Source: an uncultured archaeon (GTDB lineage Archaea > Altiarchaeota > Altiarchaeia > IMC4 > QMZM01). Taken from it: 23,754 nucleotides of DNA. The stretch covers positions 1 to 23,754 of the forward strand of contig CAZJVE010000016.1 of assembly GCA_964549685.1 (NCBI GenBank), read 5' to 3'. The notes under the pieces are model-generated. The model did no database searches. It was given only the letters and a program-made list of their open reading frames with translations, and was not told the DNA's origin. Made by a program: the position numbers and the translations under genes. Below are positions 1 to 7,655 of the stretch, piece by piece. The number at the start of each line of letters is the position of its first letter. The stretch's first letter is position 1.

Positions 1-55
1 TTATCGCATCCTCCAGCTTCATGGAGTTCAGTGTCAGTTGAATCCGGGGTTTCAT
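1..55 (-). CDS. Partial CDS (5' end only); possibly OMP decarboxylase / 3-hexulose-6-phosphate synthase (HUMPS) family
   Basis: Hand translation from the ATG at 55 gives MKPRIQLTLNSMKLEDAI and runs off the window edge. It resembles the HPS N-terminus (MKPxLQxALDxxxLxxAI), but only 18 codons are visible and ALD reads TLN. Confidence 0.3.
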   Translation of the reverse strand, partial: MKPRIQLTLNSMKLEDAI

Positions 56-114
56 CGCTAATCTTTAGAAAATGATGTAATATAGTGAACATCTATCCAT
101 AAATTTCAAAAATT

Positions 115-1668
115 TTAAGTTATTGTAAATTCCACGGCCATGAATACCGGACCCTTTATCGATATTCCCCTCTGCCTGGAGCTTATGAAGCGCCTCGCCC
201 TGTCTCCAACCCCGATGTTGACATCTGATGGAGACTTGGCCATCTTTATCTGGAGAAAGCCGCTCTTCTTTCCCTCTCCTACTAACTCCTCAATCCCCGC
301 AGCAAAGTAGCTGGTTATTGCATCGAGAAAGGCGAATTCTGTTTTTACCCCTTTTTTCGTCACCCCAACAAGACTGGCAGAAAGCTTCTCCGGGTTCCGG
401 GGGATTCCGTAGATTCCTCCGTCGTGGATATAAATCTTGTTCAGGGCTGCGGGGCCCAGGAGCTTGGTATTGTCCTCCTTCTCGACCAGTTTTACTTCTA
501 TATTCTTGCCGAGAAATTCCCCTTCATAGACCGGGAATTCACAGGGGGAATCCTCATCAGCGTGCTTCTCGGCGGCCTTCTTTATCGACTCTGCCAGCTT
601 TTTTCCATCATCCGTTTCAGGAACTTTATTGATTCCGACATCCTTCGCAATCTCTTCATCCGACAAATCAAGGGCCTGGTAGAACTGCGGGTACATGATT
701 TTCCTGATGTCATCCGCCTTTGTCCTGATGAGCAGAATCCTCTCAAGCCCGAAGCCGATGTTGAAGACCGGATATTTTATGCCGTAGTTCGACAGCGCTA
801 TTGGAGAATACATGCCGCAGTCGGCAATCTCGACATTGCCCGAGAAGATTTCAAATTCTGTTTCGGGAGCATAGTAGTTAGAGGTCGCCTTCTTCTTGAC
901 GAACTTTATGTCCCTGAAGCCCATCTCCTTGAGGATTCCCTCCGAGACCTTCTTGCCTGCCTCGAGACTGACATCTGGGTCCATTATGATGCAGGAAGCC
1001 CCATAATGCGCCCTTAGATGATGAGCATCAACCTTCTGCTCCCTCCTGAACCTCAGCCCCACGGAGAAGAGTTTTGCCGGGAGCGTCGCCTTGCCCTGCA
1101 GCTCCCTCAGCGTCGGGAACCATGCCGCGGTCATGTGTGAGCGTAAGGTAGTTTTCTCAGCGACGGGACTAAGGGACCTGAACTCAGGAAACAGCCCGAT
1201 AATTCTTGCTGCCTCTTCAGCTTTAATTCCGAGAACGTTGACTATCTCCTCGAATAGATTATCTCCCTCAACGGAGCCCTCCCTGTAGTCGCGGAGAATC
1301 CCCTTGAACTTCTCTATATCGACCTTCGCAATCTTCTTAATCTCTGCAACCGTCTTGTCGCCCAGCCCGATGTCGGGCCTCGGAAGCCCCGCCAGATAAT
1401 AGCAGCGGTCAAGAATGACAGGAGCCTCTGGACCGTACTGCCAGTATACTTCCTCCTCGGGAACAAAGAGCGGGTTCTCGACCTCGTCGAAACCAAGTTC
1501 CAGAAAAATCTTCCTTATCTCCTGCGATACCTCCTGCACAGGATGAGCATTTCCCGCTCCTCCTGAATAGTCCTTTGCCCCGGACGGCAGAATCTTCGCA
1601 GTATCAACCCAGGCCTTTTCGAAGTCTTTCTTTGCCTTCTTCTTTATATCCTCCGTGTCAAATTCCAT
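115..1668 (-). CDS. sepS: O-phosphoseryl-tRNA(Cys) synthetase (SepRS)
   Basis: 517 aa PheRS-alpha-like class II synthetase with SepRS-typical segments: N-terminal AKKDFEKAW, HPV..IRKIFLELGFDEVENP, QYGPEAPVILDRCYYLAGLPRPDIGL, TLRSHMTAAWF, FRREQKVD..HL, YSPIALSNYGI.YPVFNIGFGLER, EKEDNTKLLGPAALN. Confidence 0.95.
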   Translation of the reverse strand: MEFDTEDIKKKAKKDFEKAWVDTAKILPSGAKDYSGGAGNAHPVQEVSQEIRKIFLELGFDEVENPLFVPEEEVYWQYGPEAPVILDRCYYLAGLPRPDIGLGDKTVAEIKKIAKVDIEKFKGILRDYREGSVEGDNLFEEIVNVLGIKAEEAARIIGLFPEFRSLSPVAEKTTLRSHMTAAWFPTLRELQGKATLPAKLFSVGLRFRREQKVDAHHLRAHYGASCIIMDPDVSLEAGKKVSEGILKEMGFRDIKFVKKKATSNYYAPETEFEIFSGNVEIADCGMYSPIALSNYGIKYPVFNIGFGLERILLIRTKADDIRKIMYPQFYQALDLSDEEIAKDVGINKVPETDDGKKLAESIKKAAEKHADEDSPCEFPVYEGEFLGKNIEVKLVEKEDNTKLLGPAALNKIYIHDGGIYGIPRNPEKLSASLVGVTKKGVKTEFAFLDAITSYFAAGIEELVGEGKKSGFLQIKMAKSPSDVNIGVGDRARRFISSRQRGISIKGPVFMAVEFTIT

Positions 1669-1706
1669 TATCTGATTTAATAATTAGAAGATTAGAATTA
1701 ATAGGT
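1669..1706. promoter_or_regulatory. Divergent promoter region between sepS and thiL
   Basis: 38-bp, very AT-rich gap between two divergent start codons (TTTAATAA; ATTAGAA twice). Leaderless transcripts are inferred, not shown. Confidence 0.4.
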
Positions 1707-2597
1707 ATGAAATTATCAGACATGGGCGAAAGGGAGATAATCGGGAAGCTGGGCAGATTCCTTGACATCGGAGATGATGCAGCCTGCGTCAGGGCGGGGA
1801 ACGAATTCCTGGTTCTTTCGACCGACACCATCCACGGCCCCACCCACATTCCCCCGGAGATGACCCCCCAACAGATTGGGAAATTCATAGTCACCGTAAA
1901 CCTGAGCGACCTTGCTGCCATGGGCGCGAAGCCCCTGGCATTCCTCCTCTCCTACGGCGGCCCCGACAGCGAATTCACCAGATTCAAAAAAATAATAAAG
2001 TCTGCGCAGAAGCAATGCAGGAAATTCAAAATCGATTTGGTTGGCGGAGATACAAAAGAGATGAAGGAATTAACCCTCACTGGCTGTGCTGTTGGAACAG
2101 CAAAGAGACCGGTCCTTCGCTCCGGGGCAAGGCCCGGCGACATAGTAGCAGTTACAGGAGAACTCGGTTCTGCAGGAAGATGCTTCGAACTCTTGGAAAA
2201 AAAACGCAGACCTAACAGGGCCTTGCTGAAGGCAGCCTTCGAGCCCGAGCCAAGAATAAAGGAGGGCCTTCTCATGGCAAAACATGCGAATTCAATGACG
2301 GACATCAGCGACAGCCTTGCCATAAGCCTCTACTCAATAGCGGAACAGAGCGGCGTGGGAATGAAAATCGACATCGATAAAATCCCGACATCCTCCATTG
2401 ACCACGCACTCTACAGCGGGGGCGACTACCAGCTGCTGTTCACAATGCCAGAGAAAAATTTCACCAGGTTAAGGGAGGCTACCAACTCCACCATGATTGG
2501 GACTGTAACAAGAGCCGGAGGAATAGGTGCGACAAGAAATGGCAGAGGATTCAGAATAAAGCGGAAGGGCTATGAGCATTTCAGCAGAAACAGGTAA
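1707..2597 (+). CDS. thiL: Thiamine-monophosphate kinase
   Basis: Start moved to ATG 1707 (MKLSDMGEREII). Motifs IGDDAA, STD, VNLSDLAAMGAKP, LVGGDT, RSGARPGD, TGELG, DISDSL, GGDYQLLFT, KGYEHF. Confidence 0.95.
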   Translation: MKLSDMGEREIIGKLGRFLDIGDDAACVRAGNEFLVLSTDTIHGPTHIPPEMTPQQIGKFIVTVNLSDLAAMGAKPLAFLLSYGGPDSEFTRFKKIIKSAQKQCRKFKIDLVGGDTKEMKELTLTGCAVGTAKRPVLRSGARPGDIVAVTGELGSAGRCFELLEKKRRPNRALLKAAFEPEPRIKEGLLMAKHANSMTDISDSLAISLYSIAEQSGVGMKIDIDKIPTSSIDHALYSGGDYQLLFTMPEKNFTRLREATNSTMIGTVTRAGGIGATRNGRGFRIKRKGYEHFSRNR

Positions 2598-2607
2598 AGC
2601 ATATTTA

Positions 2608-2615
2608 TTTATATA
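2608..2615 (+). promoter_or_regulatory. Putative archaeal TATA box for the KaiC-GTPase/roadblock operon
   Basis: TTTATATA lies 33-40 nt upstream of ATG 2648 in a 50-bp AT-rich gap. Confidence 0.45.
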
Positions 2616-2647
2616 TACTCTGAATATTAAACTATAACCACAACAAG

Positions 2648-3865
2648 ATGGAGCTCTATAAGACAAGTATACCCAAGCTGGATGAGTTCTTGGATGGTGG
2701 CATACGGCCGAAAACGATAACCGTATTCTGGGCCACCCCCGGGATTGAGAATACTCCCTTTGCCTATCAGCTTATGATGGAGAGCCTCGAGCGCGGGGAT
2801 TACTGTGTATATGTCACCCAGTCAAAAAAGAGCAGCACAGTCGAGAAGGAGATAGAGCACTACGGCTGGAACGCCACTCAGTACAGAAAAGTGGGGACGC
2901 TGAAATTTATAGATGCATACTCCGGTTTGATAAATGCTGATTCTGCGGATGAATTCTATGTCAAGGACGCAAGGAATCCCAAGGCAATCACCGAGATGCT
3001 TGAGAAAGCGCTTGGAGATATCAAGGACAAGAACAAGATAGTTGTATTCGATTCCATTTCGACCCTGATAGACCACTGCGGCGAAGAATCCCTGGAAGAG
3101 ATGTCGAACTGGAAGAAACTATTCGAGAAATATAACGCCATGGGGGTTTTTCTCTTTATAGAGTGGCCCTATGAAAAAGGGGTCATGAACAAGATTAAAC
3201 TAATGGCCGATGCAATTGTCCATCTGAAGGCCATAGAGGAGAAGGTAATCCTGAGGGAGTATTTCACCATATCCAAGGTGGCTTGGAACGGCAAGAACGA
3301 GGGGGTCGGAATCCCGTTCAAGATATCGGTTCCCGGCGGAGTCAAGGTCTATATACCCAAGCTACTTGTTACCGGGCCGTATAATGCCGGAAAAAGTTCA
3401 TTTGTTCATTCAGCATCTACTGGAGCGGTTTCCGTGGACAGGCTGGGCACCACAATAGCCCTCGATCACGGCCACGTAGACTATGCCGGATTCTCCGTTG
3501 ACCTCTTTGGAACGCCCGGTCAGGAACGCTTTGACCCAATACTCGGTTTGCTTGGAGGAGAAGCTCTGGGGGTTATAGTTGTCGTCGATTCCGCAGACCC
3601 GGACAGCTTTGCCAGGGCCAAGGAGATGATGGAGAGGTCAAAGAGCGTCGGACTCCCATGTGTTGTTGCCGCAAATAAGGCAAATCTCAAGGGGTCTCTG
3701 AGCCCTGAAGATATCAGGACGAAGATGAGATTGCCCAAGGACATACCTATAATTCCAGTAAGTGCTGACTCGGTGCCTTCAAAAGAAAAGGGCAAGGAAC
3801 CGGCCAAGTTGAATGAGGAGGATTTACATAACGTTTTTGATGTTTTGTTCAAGACATTAATGTGA
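2648..3865 (+). CDS. Fusion of an inactivated KaiC/RAD55-like RecA-fold domain (N-terminal) and an MglA/CvnD-like small GTPase (C-terminal)
   Basis: N-terminus has the KaiC pattern TSIPKLDEFLDGGI, a degenerate Walker A (ATPGIENT), FIDAYS, VVFDSISTL and ADAIVHL. C-terminus has G1 GPYNAGKS, G2 TTIALD, G3 GTPGQERF, VVVDS and G4 NKAN. Confidence 0.88.
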   Translation: MELYKTSIPKLDEFLDGGIRPKTITVFWATPGIENTPFAYQLMMESLERGDYCVYVTQSKKSSTVEKEIEHYGWNATQYRKVGTLKFIDAYSGLINADSADEFYVKDARNPKAITEMLEKALGDIKDKNKIVVFDSISTLIDHCGEESLEEMSNWKKLFEKYNAMGVFLFIEWPYEKGVMNKIKLMADAIVHLKAIEEKVILREYFTISKVAWNGKNEGVGIPFKISVPGGVKVYIPKLLVTGPYNAGKSSFVHSASTGAVSVDRLGTTIALDHGHVDYAGFSVDLFGTPGQERFDPILGLLGGEALGVIVVVDSADPDSFARAKEMMERSKSVGLPCVVAANKANLKGSLSPEDIRTKMRLPKDIPIIPVSADSVPSKEKGKEPAKLNEEDLHNVFDVLFKTLM

Positions 3866-3870
3866 GGTGA
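3864..3870 (+). promoter_or_regulatory. Shine-Dalgarno site for roadblock gene 1
   Basis: GAGGTGA overlaps the upstream stop codon and ends 4 nt before ATG 3875. Confidence 0.6.
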
Positions 3871-3874
3871 GTAA

Positions 3875-4246
3875 ATGCCAGAATCGAAAAAGGAGTCCCT
3901 TTTGAGGGTGCTCAAGGAGCTGACAAGCATAGGCGACATAGAAGGCTCTGCAATAGTAACCAGAGACGGCCTTCTGATAGCCTCGGACCTGTCAGGCGAC
4001 ATAGACGCGGAAACTCTTGCAGCAATGTCCGCTACCATGGTTGGAGCGGCAGAGACAGCAGTCTCCGAGCTCAAGAGAGGGACGGTGGAAAGAGTAATAG
4101 CGGAGGGAGAGCAGACAAAGCTGATAACGACTGGAGCTGGCCCCAATGCAGTCCTCGTCTCCATGGTCAACAAGAGCGCAAATCTTGGTCTAATCCTGGT
4201 TGAGATGAAGAGAACCGCCCATATGATAGAAAAGGAGATAGAGTAA
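3875..4246 (+). CDS. Roadblock/LC7 (MglB-like) protein, copy A1
   Basis: 123 aa with IEGSAIVTRDGLLIAS, LAAMSATMVGAAE and ANLGLIL.EMKR, the typical Roadblock/LC7 pattern. Lies directly downstream of the GTPase. Confidence 0.92.
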   Translation: MPESKKESLLRVLKELTSIGDIEGSAIVTRDGLLIASDLSGDIDAETLAAMSATMVGAAETAVSELKRGTVERVIAEGEQTKLITTGAGPNAVLVSMVNKSANLGLILVEMKRTAHMIEKEIE

Positions 4247-4248
4247 TT

Positions 4249-4617
4249 ATGGATTCCAAAAAGCAAAGACTTACAACATTGCTAGAAGGCCTGGAGCAGG
4301 AGGGTGATGTCGAATACGCTGCCCTGGTGACAAGGGACGGCCTCCTGATAGCATCCGGCTCTAAGGGAGACATCAATGAAGAAACCTTTGCAGCGATGTC
4401 CGCAACAATGCTCGGAGCAGCAGAGACAGCGGTCTCCGAGCTCAAGAGAGGGGTGGTCGAGAGAGTAATAGCCGAGGGAGAGCGGACAAAGCTAATAACG
4501 ACTGGAGCTGGCCCGAACGCAGTCCTGGTTTCCATGGTAAACAAGGACGCAAATCTCGGCCTAATCCTGGTCGAGATGAAGAGGACATCCCACATGATAG
4601 AGGAGGATATCTCATAA
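4249..4617 (+). CDS. Roadblock/LC7 (MglB-like) protein, paralog B
   Basis: 122 aa with VEYAALVTRDGLLIAS, FAAMSATMLGAAE and ANLGLILVEMKR. Starts 2 nt after the A1 stop. Confidence 0.92.
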   Translation: MDSKKQRLTTLLEGLEQEGDVEYAALVTRDGLLIASGSKGDINEETFAAMSATMLGAAETAVSELKRGVVERVIAEGERTKLITTGAGPNAVLVSMVNKDANLGLILVEMKRTSHMIEEDIS

Positions 4618-4618
4618 A

Positions 4619-4990
4619 ATGCCAGAATCGAAAAAGGAGTCCCTTTTGAGGGCGCTCAAGGAGCTGACAAGCATAGGCGACATAGAAGGCTCTGCAATAG
4701 TAACCAGAGACGGCCTTCTGATAGCCTCGGACCTGTCAGGCGACATAGACGCGGAAACTCTTGCAGCAATGTCCGCTACCATGGTTGGAGCGGCAGAGAC
4801 AGCAGTCTCCGAGCTCAAGAGAGGGACGGTGGAAAGAGTAATAGCGGAGGGAGAGCAGACAAAGCTGATAACGACTGGAGCTGGCCCCAATGCAGTCCTC
4901 GTCTCCATGGTCAACAAGAGCGCAAATCTTGGTCTAATCCTGGTTGAGATGAAGAGAACCGCCCATATGATAGAAAAGGAGATGGAATAA
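4619..4990 (+). CDS. Roadblock/LC7 (MglB-like) protein, copy A2
   Basis: 123 aa, identical to A1 except V12A and I122M. Starts 1 nt after the paralog B stop. Confidence 0.9.
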   Translation: MPESKKESLLRALKELTSIGDIEGSAIVTRDGLLIASDLSGDIDAETLAAMSATMVGAAETAVSELKRGTVERVIAEGEQTKLITTGAGPNAVLVSMVNKSANLGLILVEMKRTAHMIEKEME

Positions 4991-5010
4991 ATTCTCCCTT
5001 TTTCTTGCTT
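4991..5010 (+). terminator. Possible oligo-T terminator after the roadblock genes
   Basis: Pyrimidine tract TTCTCCCTTTTTCTTGCTT immediately after the stop codon. Confidence 0.3.
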
Positions 5011-5048
5011 AATAGTTGCGTATATTAATCCGAGGAATCTAATAGCTT

Positions 5049-5891
5049 ATGATGGTTGAGGAAACTACTGGAGCACCAGGGGCTGTAGGAACAACCCAGG
5101 AACCGGTAGCACCGAAGGCAGCGGAAAGCCCTGCGGGAGCACCACAATCAAGTCCAGATGCAACCGGGGGAACCCCCGAAACGCAGGGACAGGCAAAAGC
5201 CATACCCCTGAACATCGAGGGCATTGAAAACATTATCGGCGAGGGTTTTCCTATAGGTTCATGCGTTCTTCTGATAACGCCTCCAATGATTGAGGCAAAT
5301 CTCTTCTGCATGGAATTCGTCTACAGGGGCATTCTGAACAAGGAGCCTGGCATGATTGTCACAATGGACCACTCCCCCGAGGACATGAAGATAAAGGCGC
5401 TCAAGTACGGGTGGAATTTGTCCCGTGGTGAACAGGATAAGATTCTCAAATGGGTCGACGGCTATTCGATAAACGCCAACAAGGACGTGAAAAGCAGCGA
5501 CACGATAAAGAGAATCAGCGGCTCCATAGCCCTCTCGGACCTGACGATTGGCATGAGCCAAATTCAGCGCGAATACCACCAGGTCAGCGACCATTACCGC
5601 TTTATTTTCGACTCTCTTTCAACCCTTTTCATCTACAACGACGCCACGACCATATACCGCTTTCTGAGAGTAATAATCTCAAAGCTTAGAGCATCCGGCG
5701 GAGTTGGATTCTTCACGCTTGGGGAGAAAATGCACGACCAGCAGATTGAGATGACGCTCAGGCACATGATGGACGGCACCATAGAGCTGACCGATGATTT
5801 GACCCTCAGGGCCCAGAGCCTGCCACTCCCAACTCCGAGGAAGGAGGGCAAGCTCGAGCTGACAAACAGGGGCTTCAAGGTTGTTGGATAG
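5049..5891 (+). CDS. Inactivated KaiC/RAD55-like protein with a low-complexity N-terminal extension
   Basis: IPLNIEGIENIIGEGFPIGSCVLL, degenerate Walker A (TPPMIEAN), HSPED, WVDGYS, FIFDSLSTL, HMMDGTIEL, C-terminal LTNRGFKV. The first ~50 aa are rich in P/A/G/T/E/Q. Start may be 5049 or 5052. Confidence 0.85.
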   Translation: MMVEETTGAPGAVGTTQEPVAPKAAESPAGAPQSSPDATGGTPETQGQAKAIPLNIEGIENIIGEGFPIGSCVLLITPPMIEANLFCMEFVYRGILNKEPGMIVTMDHSPEDMKIKALKYGWNLSRGEQDKILKWVDGYSINANKDVKSSDTIKRISGSIALSDLTIGMSQIQREYHQVSDHYRFIFDSLSTLFIYNDATTIYRFLRVIISKLRASGGVGFFTLGEKMHDQQIEMTLRHMMDGTIELTDDLTLRAQSLPLPTPRKEGKLELTNRGFKVVG

Positions 5892-6453
5892 ACCACAACT
5901 CCTCAAAATAGCCCTCAAAGTATTCTGCCACATTCTCCGCATCAACAAGAATATTGGCCTCATGATTCTTCTCAAGGCCGTAATAGCTGAAATTCGTAGA
6001 ACCCAGGATTACAACCTTCCCGTCGATTATAATCAGCTTCGAGTGAGTCGTTACGTCCTCTGAGTCATACCTAATCTGAATTCCTTCTTCCCTCAAAAAC
6101 TCATACGCATTGTTCTCCTTGGAATACTGGTCCACTATAACCCTTACGTCCACCCCCCTCTCATGGGCATCAACCAGCGCCTTGACAATCTTGTTCTGGT
6201 TGCTGTCAAGATAATCCTCATAGTACTTCATCTCGAAGGCGACGATATGAATGGATTGCTGCGCCCTCTGCAGTTCCCTATGCACTGCGGGAAAATAGCC
6301 CCTATCCGCTATGGGAACGAGAGATGCCTTGCTGACGCACGTGACGGAGGAACATAGCTGCTCCTGAAAAACATTCACAACAAGGACCACAATAATCGCC
6401 CCGAGAAGAATTCCCAATGCAACGCCGAACAAAAACCTCTTGCGAATTTTCAC
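5875..6453 (-). CDS. Membrane-anchored phospholipase D / Nuc-family protein with a single HKD motif
   Basis: N-terminal hydrophobic helix, AHERGVDVRVIVD, HSKLIIIDGKVVILGSTN (HxKxxxxD..GSxN), NHEANI. GTG start. Confidence 0.88.
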   Translation of the reverse strand: MKIRKRFLFGVALGILLGAIIVVLVVNVFQEQLCSSVTCVSKASLVPIADRGYFPAVHRELQRAQQSIHIVAFEMKYYEDYLDSNQNKIVKALVDAHERGVDVRVIVDQYSKENNAYEFLREEGIQIRYDSEDVTTHSKLIIIDGKVVILGSTNFSYYGLEKNHEANILVDAENVAEYFEGYFEELWSIQQP

Positions 6454-6500
6454 CTTGCACTATTTAATTGATTATGCTGCCTAATATTATAAACTTCAGA

Positions 6501-7655
6501 ATGATAGCCAAGAGGGTTAAGGAAATCCCATTCTCGGGAATCAGGAAGTTTTTCGAACTCGTCCAGAAGAGTGAGGGCATCGTTAGCCTGGGGGTTGGAG
6601 AGCCGAACTTTCCCACTCCCGAAGCATTGAAGGATGATGCAATTCAGTCAATAAAGAACGACCATTCGTGCTACACCTCAAACTACGGAATGCCGGAGCT
6701 GAGGGAAAGGATTGCAAAGAAGCTGAAAGATGTTAACGGCATTGACAGGAGCCCGGAGGATGAGATTCTAATCACGGTCGGAGTAAGTGAGGCGCTTGAC
6801 CTTGCCATACGGGCAATCCTGGACCCGGGAGATGAAGTCATCATACCCGACCCCAGTTACGTATCCTACAAGCCGAACGTATGGTTCGCCTATGGGGAAC
6901 CGATTGCTGTTCCAACCACGGAGGAGAATGAGTTCAGGGTCCAGTCGGAGGACATCGAGAAGAGGATAACCGAGAAGACGAAGGCTATACTCATTCCCTC
7001 GCCAAATAACCCGACAGGCAGCGTCATGAGAAAGAAGGACCTGGAGGACGTTGCTGATATAGTGAAGGAACACAACCTTATCGCAATCTCGGATGAGATA
7101 TACGAGGAGCTTATCTACGACGGGGAGAAGCACTACAGTATAGGCTCATTCAACGGGATGGAGGACAGGACAATAACGCTCAACGGATTCTCGAAGGCAT
7201 ATGCATTTACCGGCTGGAGACTGGGCTATGCAGCCGGAAACTCGGAGATAATAGAGGCGATGATGAAGATTCACCAGTATACGATAATGTGCGCCCCCAC
7301 CGTTTCGCAATATGCTGCATTGAATGCATTCGAGCAGGAGGAGCCCGTAAGGGAAATGGTCAAGGAGTATGATGCCAGGAGAAAACTCCTGGTCAAGGGG
7401 CTTAATGAATTACCTGGCATATCGTGCATCATGCCAAAGGGCGCTTTCTATACGTTCCCGAACATAAAGGAGACGGGAATGGGTTCTGAGGACTTTGCAG
7501 AGCATCTCCTCAAGGAAGGAAAGGTGGCTGTAGTTCCCGGGAACACCTTTGGAGATGCTGGAGAGGGCCACGTAAGGTGTGCGTACTGTGTCTCAAGAGA
7601 GGCAATATCCGAGGCCCTTGAGCGGATGGACAGATTCATGCGAAGTCTGAAATGA
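6501..7655 (+). CDS. PLP-dependent class I/II aminotransferase (aspartate aminotransferase family)
   Basis: Start moved to ATG 6501 ([18 protein letters not shown]). Motifs [56 protein letters not shown]. Confidence 0.93.
   Translation: MIAKRVKEIPFSGIRKFFELVQKSEGIVSLGVGEPNFPTPEALKDDAIQSIKNDHSCYTSNYGMPELRERIAKKLKDVNGIDRSPEDEILITVGVSEALDLAIRAILDPGDEVIIPDPSYVSYKPNVWFAYGEPIAVPTTEENEFRVQSEDIEKRITEKTKAILIPSPNNPTGSVMRKKDLEDVADIVKEHNLIAISDEIYEELIYDGEKHYSIGSFNGMEDRTITLNGFSKAYAFTGWRLGYAAGNSEIIEAMMKIHQYTIMCAPTVSQYAALNAFEQEEPVREMVKEYDARRKLLVKGLNELPGISCIMPKGAFYTFPNIKETGMGSEDFAEHLLKEGKVAVVPGNTFGDAGEGHVRCAYCVSREAISEALERMDRFMRSLK

Larger units (their letters stand above)
3875..4990 (+). repeat. Direct repeat of 372 bp (3875-4246 and 4619-4990) flanking a diverged third unit
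   Basis: Base-by-base comparison by eye gives 3 differences: T3909 vs C4653, and ATA GAG vs ATG GAA in the last two codons. Confidence 0.93.

Noticed and set aside
1575-1706. 44-aa N-terminal extension of ThiL in the ORF track
   Set aside because: Overlaps sepS on the opposite strand; family similarity starts at Met 1707.
3520-4917. Three similar antisense ORFs (3520-4266, 4167-4595, 4612-4917)
   Set aside because: Shadow frames of the repeated Roadblock genes; their similarity just mirrors the sense-strand repeat.
2648-5891. Circadian clock (kaiABC)
   Set aside because: Single-domain KaiC-like proteins lacking the Walker A lysine, with no kaiA or kaiB in the window.
5875-6453. PLD/Nuc protein as effector of the KaiC-GTPase-Roadblock module or a defence nuclease
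   Set aside because: Convergent orientation, N-terminal membrane anchor and a common stand-alone archaeal family; adjacency is the only link.
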